The translations under genes and the position numbers were made by a program. A stretch of DNA of 64,000 nt from Callorhinchus milii (lineage: Eukaryota), in the NCBI RefSeq assembly GCF_018977255.1, contig NW_024704742.1:3288001-3352000 (forward strand), read 5' to 3'. The notes beneath the pieces were generated by a model that saw only the letters and a program-made list of their open reading frames with translations, was not told where the DNA came from and made no database searches. Position 1 is the first letter of the stretch. Each line of letters opens with the position of its first letter. Below, piece after piece: positions 28,485-38,976 of the stretch.

Positions 28485-28635
28485 AATAATCATAATCCGA
28501 ATCTTTAAAAAACCTTGCATTTGGTATATAGTGCTTTCACATCAGGAGGTTGTCTCAAAACGCTTCACAGTGTTTACTGTGAAGTGGTGTGGCTGTGTAT
28601 TTGAGGGCAAACGCACCAGCCCAATTGCACAGGGC

Positions 28636-28667
<32 letters not shown>

Positions 28668-29258
28668 GTGCTTCACAGAATATACTTCAAAGTGAATTGG
28701 CTGTATATTTTGTGGGCGAAATGCGGCAGCCAATTGGGCACATCAGTGTCCCACAAACAGTCATGGATTGAGTGACCACATTTTTTTTAAGGGATTATTA
28801 CCCCCGGAAAAGCGATCCGCCAATCGACTAACAACCGGGTTCCTACTTACTGTTGGATAAACAGAGGCGTGTGGAGTAAGGCAACTTGCCCAACATTTCC
28901 CGCTGCTGGGAATCGAACCCAGGTTCTCCAGGCGAGTGTTCTAACCACTAAGCTACAAGATTCCTCATGCCCACACACAGCCATGAAACAAATGATCAGT
29001 TTTATTTGGGGGCCTGTTGGCCAGGAGGACATCAGTAGAAACTCTCTTCTCTTTTTGAGTGGTGCTATGGGATCTGAACGGGCAGAGGGAACTCGGACTA
29101 ACTTCTCATCTGAAGGACGGCACCTCCAACAATGCAACGTCCCCAGCACTGCACTGGAGTGTCGGCCTAGACTAGGTGGGTTCCAAGTCCTGACGTGGGG
29201 CTTGAACCAACAGCCTTCTGACACAAGAAGCGAGAGTGCTATCAACTGAGCCAGGCTA
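28485..29258 (-). mobile_element. Family A SINE interrupted by a nested family B SINE
   Basis: Tail segment 28485-28635 stops at ...ccaattgcacagggca and resumes at about 28967 (atgcccacacacagccatg...) through to the tRNA head ending about 29258. Confidence 0.8.
28636..28965 (-). mobile_element. Family B SINE (tRNA-Val-like head, ttgggcaag central segment, shared Deu-type 3' tail), nested copy
   Basis: Colinear with copies at 13560, 33274, 42757 and 45656. Shared core gatccgccaatcgactaacaacc...ggttcctacttac...gtggagtaagg.aacttgccca. Confidence 0.85.
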
Positions 29259-29408
29259 ACACGCTTAAAAAGTCGGTGCAAGTTATTGCATACAGTGAGA
29301 GAGATTTACGTATCATTGGTTGTGTTACTCCGCAGCACAGTTCCTCTCGTGTACTGATTGCAGGACCTTCCGCAGCAGAATGACTGATTCCCTTCTTGTG
29401 ATTAACAG

Positions 29409-29552
29409 GCCTCGTGGTGCGTGAGGTGAGCATCGAGATTTCCCGGCAGCAGGTGGAGGAGCTCTTTGGGCCAGAGGACTACTGGTGTCAGTGTGTCGCT
29501 TGGAGCTCCGCTGGGACCACAAAGAGTCACAAGTCTTACGTTCGAAATGCAT
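29409..29552 (+). CDS. UNC5C: UNC5C exon 3 (144 nt), C-terminal half of Ig1
   Basis: Acceptor tgtgattaacag|, donor |gtgagt, phase 1-1. Translates [48 protein letters not shown](Y). Confidence 0.97.
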
Positions 29553-29590
29553 GTGAGTGTCGAAAGAGGTCGATTTATAACAATTCCTGA

Positions 29591-29824
29591 GTAATAATAA
29601 TAATAATACCAAAATTAACCCTTGGATTTGATATAGCACTTTTTACGTCTTTTAGACGTCTCAAAGCGCTTCACAGAATATACCGTAAAGTGTACATTTT
29701 TTATGGGCAAAATGCGGCAGCCGACCGCCGTGGGTTGAAGTGACCATATTTATTGTTGGGTTTTATATTTTCTTGAGGGATTATTATCAGGTGTGTGGAG
29801 TAAGGAAACTTGTCCAAGGTTTCA
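29591..29824 (-). mobile_element. Family B SINE, internally deleted variant
   Basis: Tail followed by gggattattatcaggtgtgtggagtaaggaaacttgtccaaggtttc. Confidence 0.75.
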
Positions 29825-32586
29825 ATGGTCTTCCCAGGGAGGCTGTTGTGGGTGGACGTACTCATCTTTTGTCGGTTCTGCATATGATGGAAAGTTCATA
29901 CTGACTACGCTTTAACCATATAACGCAGCCAGGGGGTGACACTCCCTGTTACCATGGCAGATAGATTCTCCGTTAGTGGGTATAGCGCACACTAAGCACT
30001 TACAGCTTATATCATACATAGCGTATACAACACACCTACTTGCTTTATACCAGATCATCACAGCACAGAGACCCAATTTCTCCCTCCTCCCCGACCATTC
30101 CCCCCCCCCCACCCCAGGGCTGGTGACAGATGTCCAAATAGTAGCAATCGCCTTCTCCCGACAGGGATGCTTGATAGGCTCATTACTGTGTCAGTTCCCA
30201 TTTATCCCAACTGGCGAAGGGGCTGGACGCTGAGCAAGAGAGGAGGGGAGGGGAGGGGAGGTCGGCATAGCTGTGGTCGAAGAGGTACATTTTAAGGTGG
30301 GAATCAGAGAAAGATAAAGAGAGTGCCAAGGCGGAGGGACCAAGGGAGGGAATTCCAGTAGAGACGGCAAATAGCGGCTAAGGCACGGACACTGATGGTG
30401 CAGCACAGCTGAGTGATGTGGCAGGCAGTGGAATGGGGGTGTGAGCAGGTCAGAGACTGTACCAGATCGTGTTCCGGGAGCGGGATTACGACCGTCGGGT
30501 GGGAAGTGTCACACTGAGTGTCGGAATTGTTACTGATAAGAACATCTCTCGGGACAAGCATCCACTGGCTGTAATTTGCAATCCAAACTGGTCTAACTGG
30601 TCCAAACAGGTGGTTAGCTTAGGGAGTGAATCCACTGCCCCCACCCAGGCTCGGAAATCTACCAACAGTTGAATGTTTGGATCCCAACTTTCGGCCTGTT
30701 AATAATAAGAATCCTTGCAATTGATATAACCTGATCACGTCGTTGAGACGTCTCATAGCGCTTCACAGAATATATTGTAAAGTGACTGTGTATTTTCTGG
30801 GCCAAACGCGGCAGCCAATTCCGCACAGGAGTTATAGCTAGCTGTTATAATTAGTTCATTATAATTATAACGGGTGCCAATAATTAGTGAACGTCGAACG
30901 TCTCCTTCTTGTTTAAAGCCATGATGTCAAATCGTGTTTATTTTTAATTACGGCTTTCAAATTGTCTTTAAAATCTGTACTTTCCATAAAAGATGTTCCT
31001 GTTTAATAAGAAAAAAATGCAAGTCAAAGGGACTCTTAATACATGTTTGTGAATGTCTAGTCTGGTATAGCTCTGCATATTCTTCTTCCCCCAAACTTTC
31101 TGTCAAAACAAGTCATATACTGGAATGAAAGTAACATACACCCGAGACTGAAATGGGAAAATGAATTTATCTTTATGACAGCAATACTACTTTGTTCTGT
31201 GTATCTGGTTTGCATCCAATTTCTCCCTATTCATTACTCCACGTGCCCATAGCTCTGCCTTTAAGGCTTCCAATGTCTCTCAACAGATCTTTCAGACACG
31301 ACACAGGATATCCCTGAGGTTCTGGCTGAACTGTCTGTGAAACCTGATTCATATCATCCGAATGAAACTCACTGGCAAGGCCACCGTCTGTAATTGTACC
31401 AGTTAATGTCAGCAATGTCTAAAGGCAGAGGAAAGGTTCAACTAATGATTTGACTCGAGTAAGCAATCTGACAGCACTCGGCTAATTGACGAGGCTTTAA
31501 AAGAGCCTTGTGCTATAACTAAAATAATCTGACATCCAGAACCAGACTGAACGATCTGTGACACTTTCTCTTGGAATAAAAAAAAAGTAATAGTAATTAT
31601 TTTGTAATTTCAATTGCATCGACCTGATCATTTCCTTAGGTTGCCAGCGCTGTCCTTTCTGAATTGGACCTCCACTTCCTCGGTAGCATTGGTGTTGTAA
31701 TACTATAACCTATGTTTTTATGTGTTTGTGTGTGCGTGCGTGCGTGTGTGTAAATAATAAAATAATTTACAAAATTGCTTAAAATGGATCAACTGGTAAG
31801 TCCGCTGCCAGCAGGAAATTGTTGAAAGAGTCACCCTCCAAGCACACAAAAAAAAATGGCCTTGGAAAAAATACTTTTGATTGCTTTGGAAGAGGGAAGA
31901 GAACCATCTTCATCACAGCGGCCTCACATCTCAGCTCTGTGTTGGGAAATTCACGCCCATGAGTTTCATCTCTTAAGGAAATAGAGGGCTTTAGGTGAGG
32001 GGATCAGGAGAGGTGGGGAGCAGGGAGTAGGAACACCAGCACGGACTAGACTATTCATCCACAGCTTCGGGCAGTGAGTTTCACATTCTCCCTACCCTCT
32101 GTGCGAAATATTCCTCCTAAATTCTCTTTTTAAGTCCCCGAGCCCTGATCTTATACTTGTGTCTCCTGCTTGTGGACTTCCCAACAAGGTTTATCGCAAA
32201 GAGCATCTCAGCTGTAAGGAAAGAAAAGGAAACCGTTGAGGCAGTGGGGGTTCCAGAGGCAAAAGGGATCGCGGTTTAAGGCACAACCACTGCCGGTGGT
32301 CCGGAGGGGTCTGGGGAATGTGCTGCAGGCCAGCGGCAGCTGAGTGAAGGGGTGGGCAGAAGAGCTTGCGATTTTTAGTGAAGGAGCGTGTGACATTCAG
32401 CAGTCCAGCTCCGAGAGGAATGTGTTGTTTTTGTAAGTAAACATTTCACATTTTTTCTTGGTGGGCCAGTGGGAACCCCATCTACCTTGCAGACAGCAGT
32501 CAGATACATCGCACAGCCGCTGTGGTAAATGTTTCAAATTCTCACTCCTGCGCAGACAGTGTATGGAAGTCGGGTTGAAAATTCAG

Positions 32587-32797
32587 ATAATAATAATAAT
32601 AATAATAATAATCCTTGCAATTGATATAGCGCTTTTCACGTCGGGAGGACGTCCCAAAGCGCTTCACAGAACACACTGTAAAGTGAATTGACTGTATATT
32701 TGTGGGCGAACGCGGCAGCCAATTGCGCACAGCAATGTCCCACAAACAGTCGTAGATTGAAAATGACCAATTTATTATTGTTTTTGGTTTTGGAGGG
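32587..32797 (-). mobile_element. Young SINE 3' fragment (left arm of inverted pair)
   Basis: Near-exact reverse complement of 34402-34610, with CpGs intact. Confidence 0.9.
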
Positions 32798-33273
32798 TTG
32801 TTCGCAACCAGGATATCGCGGTGCTAGGTTGGGATTTCTGGTTTGCAGATTAAACTGCACGATTCGCTTCTGGGTTTACGGAGTAACGACAATTTCCCAA
32901 AGCGCATTTAGCCACTGGTGTTTGCCTCTCCCTGTCGGTTGTCGGAATTTAGAGGCCCTTTTTTCCCACCCAAGAAAGAGCCTGAAAAGCAAAACAAGGC
33001 GACTTTCCAAGATTTTCAACCTTGGAGTAAACTGACATTGGAGCCTAGCACTCAAGTCCATCTGTTCCTTTCCTCTCTGCCACTCTCACCCACTTCCATC
33101 CCACCGTCCAGTGCAACAGCTGGACACGTTAAAGTAACACAGAAAATCTATTGGTTCATGTGTGCGCTGACCCAACATGACACAAATAACACAAGTGTTT
33201 TTTTGGCTGCCTAACAGAATAAACAGGGACAGCTTTACCACATCCCGCTGTGTACATTGCTAGTGCTAAGCTT

Positions 33274-33651
33274 TAATAATAATAATAATCCTTGCATTTG
33301 ATATAGCACCTCATCACGTCATTGAGATATCTCAAAGCGCTTCACGGAGTGTATTGCAAAGTTAATTCAATTCACTGTGGATTTTTGGGGTGAAACGAGG
33401 CAGCCAATTGCACACAGCAATGTCCCACAAACAGTCATGAAGTGAATGACCAAATATTTTTTGGGGGGGAGAATTATTACCCTGGAACAGTGATCCGCCA
33501 ATCGACTAGCAAGCGGGTTCCTACTTGCTGCTAGGTTAACACAGGCGTATGGAATAAGGAAACTTGCCCAAGGTTTCGCACCGCCCAGGAATCAAACCCT
33601 GGTCCTCTGGCCTGCGAGGCGAGCGTGCTAACCACTACACTATGGGACTCC
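33274..33651 (-). mobile_element. Family B SINE, full length
   Basis: The reverse-complement head tagtgtagtggttagcacgctcgcctcgcaggccagaggaccagggtttgattcc is tRNA-Val-like; core and tail as in other copies. Confidence 0.85.
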
Positions 33652-34349
33652 TTCATGAATCCGAACACTGTACCGTCCCAGTGATACTTGATATGTGGGA
33701 AGGAAGAGGTAGGAGTGAAGGCAGGCGATGTTTCGGAGGCAAGGGAAATCTGAGTGGGTGAGAGCACGGTGTGGAGTTTCCTCCAAGGTCAGAGTCGACC
33801 CTCTCGGTCAATGGATCAAGGTATTCAGAGCTCTCTTCAACCTTAATGTCGGGGAAGGCTGGCTGCTATTTACAGTATATCTTGCATACTGGTGTTGGGA
33901 CATCTTCCTGATGTGAAAGGCAGTAATAATAATAATAATAATAATACTTCCATTTAATATAGCACCTTAGCACGTCTTTGAGGCATCTCAAAGTGCTTCA
34001 CAGGAATATACTGTTGTGAATTGACTGTATATTTTGTGTGCGAAAACAGTACACCAAATGCAAGGATTATTATTATCACCATTATTATTATTATTATGAT
34101 GATTATTATACCCAACGCTCTGTGACTCTATCCTTCCTGGATGGCACTGCGTAAATGAAAGTTGTTGTTATCGTTTTTGCTGCTATTGTGAAGTCAGCAG
34201 TTTTGTGACATTGATCGTGTGATCAGTGGAGAATCTTATTCTCACTAAAATGACAGAAAAATCGTGTGCCGACACGCATTCTAAAGCAGCGTGGCTCGCT
34301 TTTCAGCTCCGAGCGAGGCTGTGGCACTTACTTGCACCTGCTTGCAGGC

Positions 34350-34610
34350 AGGGCGAAACCTTGGGCAAGTTTCCTTACTCCACACAGAGCCTAATAATAA
34401 TCCCTCCAAAAAACAAAAACAGTAATAAATTGGTCATTTTCAATCTACGACTGTTTGTGGGACATTGCTGTGCGCAATTGGCTGCCGCGTTCGCCCACAA
34501 ATATACAGTCAATTCACTTTACAGTGTGTTCTGTGAAGCGCTTTGGGACGTCCTCCCGACGTGAAAAGCGCTATATCAAATGCAAGGATTATTATTATTA
34601 TTATTATTAT
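34350..34610 (+). mobile_element. Young family B SINE, internally deleted and 5'-truncated (right arm of inverted pair)
   Basis: gaaaccttgggcaagtttccttactccacac joined directly to ataataatccctcc and the shared tail with (TTA)n. Confidence 0.9.
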
Positions 34611-34635
34611 CATTCCTAGACGCTTGAGAGGTTAA

Positions 34636-34857
<222 letters not shown>

Positions 34858-35599
34858 TAGTGTGATTAATGGGTTGTAATAAGACGGTGCTTTTGGTCGA
34901 AGGAGGTTGATTGGGAAAAACGAGTGGCTCTGCATCCCTTTAAAACATGCTGCTGAGCTGTTCTTCAACCACCATGTTTCTCCCATCTAACAAATTTAAC
35001 GACTGGGCTCTACACGTTCCGTTTCAGCGGTGGTGACCGAAGGCAATGCTAACAGCGCTCCTGCTAAAACTGCTCGTGAATCAATGGCCGATGAGTGTAG
35101 GGTTGCTCCAGCATCGTTAAGGCGCTGCGGAAGGTATGCAGAAGTCACCTGACAAGTGGCAATTGATTAGGATTAGGAAATTGTAAAAGTCCAATCCAGA
35201 GTTTGAATGCAACGAGGCGAGTGTGCCATTAGCGAGGAGTGTCCCAACAATCCTCCAGAGACTTAGACACATACCCATTACCAGCCCTCCAGGAATCAAA
35301 TGCATTTACACGCTTTCCCCTCAAGACCACCAGAAATTGGCCGCAAAATAGCCTTTCATTAGGCTATTGTGGCTGCAATCCCTGTGCACCCATTACACCT
35401 TCATCCGAGGTCATAAATAAGTGCTGAGCTGACTCCATAATTTTCTTAATTCTACACGAAGACGCAGATTTGGGCAATTGTACACAAAGGATATTAATTC
35501 TTTGACTGTTGAAATCCTGGAATTGCATCTAGACACTGCTGTACATTAGCGGTTACAAACTAAAACAGTAAATATGCTTTATTACAGGCAGTCTGTCCC

Positions 35600-36100
35600 A
35601 TCAGCAGAGAGACAAGAGAAATTGGACCTACTTTAACTGGAACAGAAAAGGAAGAGAGGTGACCTAGTAGAGGTCATTTAAAATGATGAGGGGTTTTGAT
35701 AGAGTCGATAGGAAGATTTTTTTCTACCGGTCAGTGATTTATGGGCCGGAGAATATCAATGCAAGAGAGCAAGAAAGCAGAGAGAACTTTAGGAGGAATT
35801 GTTCTACACAGAGGGTTGTCAGAATGTCCTGATGGGTGTGGTGGATCTGTAGTAGCTTTAAAGAGGGAACTGGATAGACATTTAAAAGGGAATATATTGC
35901 CCACAAAATAGACAGTAATATCCTGTGCAGCGCTTTGAGAAGTTTAGGCGACGTGATAAGGTGCTGTACCGAATGCAAGGATTATCATTGATTTGCAGGA
36001 GGAAAGGCAAATAAATGGGACTGAATGGATTGTTCTTTCAGAGATCCAGCAAGGACATGATGGGCCAAATGAATTTCTTCAGAGCTGAAAATATCTATGG
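35600..36100 (+). mobile_element. Degenerate CR1 LINE 3' end, interrupted by a SINE tail (about 35895-35990)
   Basis: agaggtgacctagtagaggtc...aaaatgatgaggggttttgatagagt, tttaggaggaattgttctacacagagggttgtcaga, 3' UTR acatgatgggccaaatg. Confidence 0.7.
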
Positions 36101-38548
36101 TTTTCTGGTCTAATATCCTATTGGGATAGTCTTACCTTAACAGTTTGTAATGAAGTGAGCTGGAATTTATGAAATGAGCTGTTTGTAATCTGAAGTTCTG
36201 TTGCGTAATAATAAAAAGATATCTTTTTGATTATAACACCTTATCACACATTGTTGAAAGGTCTCAAAGTGCTTCACAGGATTCTTACTTATTCTGTGAA
36301 GTGCAGTGACCGTGTATTTGTAGGCGAATGTCCAAAACGCTCCTTTTCTCTAGATTGGTTTGATGTTGGGGGTCTAACTTGTGGTCTAAATTGTATTCCC
36401 ATTGGAAACCCATTACCATGTTTAAAAGTATCCAAACCAAACAGAGAGTTCCATGCAAAAATGCATGGGAACTTCCACATGTGTAGATGGGATGAATGGA
36501 ACTCTGTCTGGTTTAGACACTCATAAGCATAGTGATGAGTTTCTGCATGTGAAGGACACTCGGCTGACCAAAAAAAATGATCTCCTAGGATTCTCTTAGA
36601 GTACACGTTGACATCCTCTCGTGTATATTCAGTAATTCCTGTATAGGCGTGTTAATCTGATGGTGGACCTCTGCCAGAGATTCCAAAGGAGTAGAGTGAT
36701 CCCAGCAAGCATGCAACAAAAGATCAGAGCAATGACATGTAGAATTGTTGGTGCAATAGTTGGTCGAGTGTCAGTAGTTCAGGTCAAGCATTGAGCTGAC
36801 AGGTTGCGTTACCTCAACATAGGCATCACTTTCCGTTTTCAAAAATATACAAAAAAGGCTTTCTGTTAGCTTTCCTGTGGTAATTGTTCAACTTGATCTG
36901 CCATTAGCATATAATAAATATTGAAATCTACATCCTAACCCTAAACCTATCAATCTTTGGCGCATGGGTACAGTATGGGCTCCGCGAGCGCATATTACTA
37001 AAATATGAAGACCATTATCTTTTCCCTATTGAATGAACAAATTATATTTATTCATCACCCAGTTCATTAAGTGTTCGTGGATACGGAATTCAAAAACGGA
37101 ACAGGGGTTTGAATGATTAATAATTTAGAATATCACTCTATCCATATATTTTCCTTCCACCAATCGGAACCGCTCTGCTGCGGTGGATGGCCAGATGATC
37201 CTGGTCGAAAAAATACACCTGGGAATGTTTACACTTAACTTTTGAGGATAATCGGACAATTTGCTGTGCATTGCTGGCAGTAAATCATCTCGCGCGGTGT
37301 ATCAACTTAGTGCACTTAAAGAGGTGCCTGCCACATTTTTCCATGTGCGTGGGTTTTACTTGGAGAAATGAATGTTCGATACCCGTCAGCCAAGTTTACC
37401 CAATTGGGCGAGTGCAGGGCAGCCCTGTTATAACTCGACGATCAAGTCCGTAAGCTGCGAAAGAACGAAGCATGAAAACACGGCCACCTTCCAGGTCATC
37501 AAGTGGCATCACCTCCTGGTGTTATGGGCACGCGCACGACGTGCAGGAAGCCCTACTGACATCACTTGCTTCACACAGTGACATCAACGGTGCTTCCTAT
37601 TCATCTCGTACCGGCGTAGCCCACAGGAAGTGAAATCTTTTGACAGCCTGACGATCCGGGAGACGGCACTTTTTAGCGCAGAAAAGCAGGCAGCAAATTG
37701 GCGAGCCCGAGCTCTACCAGGTCGCGTTGTAATGAGGTCACCTTGTTACTATGGCGTGCAACACAGATCGAGGCAGACCTCTGCCTGAAGATTTGGAAGT
37801 AGAAGACGATATGAGGCGCAGATTATTCATGCCTTTCAAATGCAGTGCATCATTCAAATTTAAACAAGATAATAACTGAACAAGGCAGTTTCTTCTTAAG
37901 CATCAGGGGTTTGATGTATCGCCATATGCATCGTTGTCTGAATCAGTCTGAATCTCAGTCTGAATGATCGCAAGTGGATATCCACGAACTGGATGCATGT
38001 TCCCGTAACATATTGACTCAGTCGCATATCCATCATTCTGGTGTGAGGGACTGGAGGCATATCGTCCTTCTCCTCTCTCAGACTGCAAATTCTACAAATT
38101 CAGCGCTCCGAGATGCTGTCCGAGTGAAAGGTGCCATATAACTGTAAGGTGGTCTTGCTAAGCAGACTGAGGCTTATTTGATGCTGATCAATAATGCCAC
38201 TTTGGAGCTGCTCATTAGTTAGCTCTGCCTGACACTGAGGACTTCCTCTCACTTTTACTGGAGAAAGTGAAACAATTCAGTGAGAAGCATTGAGGTACAT
38301 TGGATCATCAATGTCTTGTGCCACAGTGTTATGAGGAGCTCACGCTCATCATCTCCCACGTTATGAGATTCCTCTGTCCATCATGCTATATTGAACAGGT
38401 ACCAGAAAGGGACCTCTCTGGGCAGCAACAGGGGAGTGTGTCAAAGAGGCACATCTCACACGACGGTGACAGTTAGGAGCAGGTTCCTCATGTAGTGGAA
38501 CTCAATCCAATGAACACTGGGAATACTTAAGGCATCATGTAGGACAAT

Positions 38549-38976
38549 ACTAATAAATCTTGCATTTGGTTTAGTGCATTTCACATTGGGAGGATGTGCC
38601 AAAGCTCTTCATAGGATTTATTTGTGAAATAGAGTGTAATGGAGTATTTGTAAGTGAATTTGGCAGTCCAATCGCACACAGCGATGTCCCACAAACAGCC
38701 ATGAAGTGAATGACTAATTTTATTTGGGGGATGAGTGGCCAGGACACTGGGAAAAATTCTTTTTTATGAGCAGCACCATGGGATGTTTAACGTCCACCTG
38801 AACAGGCAGCGGAGACCTCGATTTAACGTTTCATCTGAAGGATGACACCTCTGACAACGCGACGCACCCCCATTGGAGTGTCAGCCTAAGCTATGGGAGT
38901 TCAAGTCCCGATGTGGGGCATGAACCCACGACCTTCTGACTCAGAGGCAAGAGTGAAACCAAATGAACCAAGCTGA
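38549..38976 (-). mobile_element. Full-length tRNA-derived Deu-type SINE (family A)
   Basis: The reverse complement reads tRNA head (cagcttggttcatttgg...ctctgagtcagaaggtcgtgggttca), Deu body (gttcaggtggacgttaaacatcccatgg), then tail (aaatgcaagatttatt). Confidence 0.85.

Noticed and set aside
33585..33651. tRNA-like sequences (also near 13870-13939, 28035-28110 and 43060-43129)
   Set aside because: They are SINE heads: no proper acceptor stem, and they are joined to SINE bodies.
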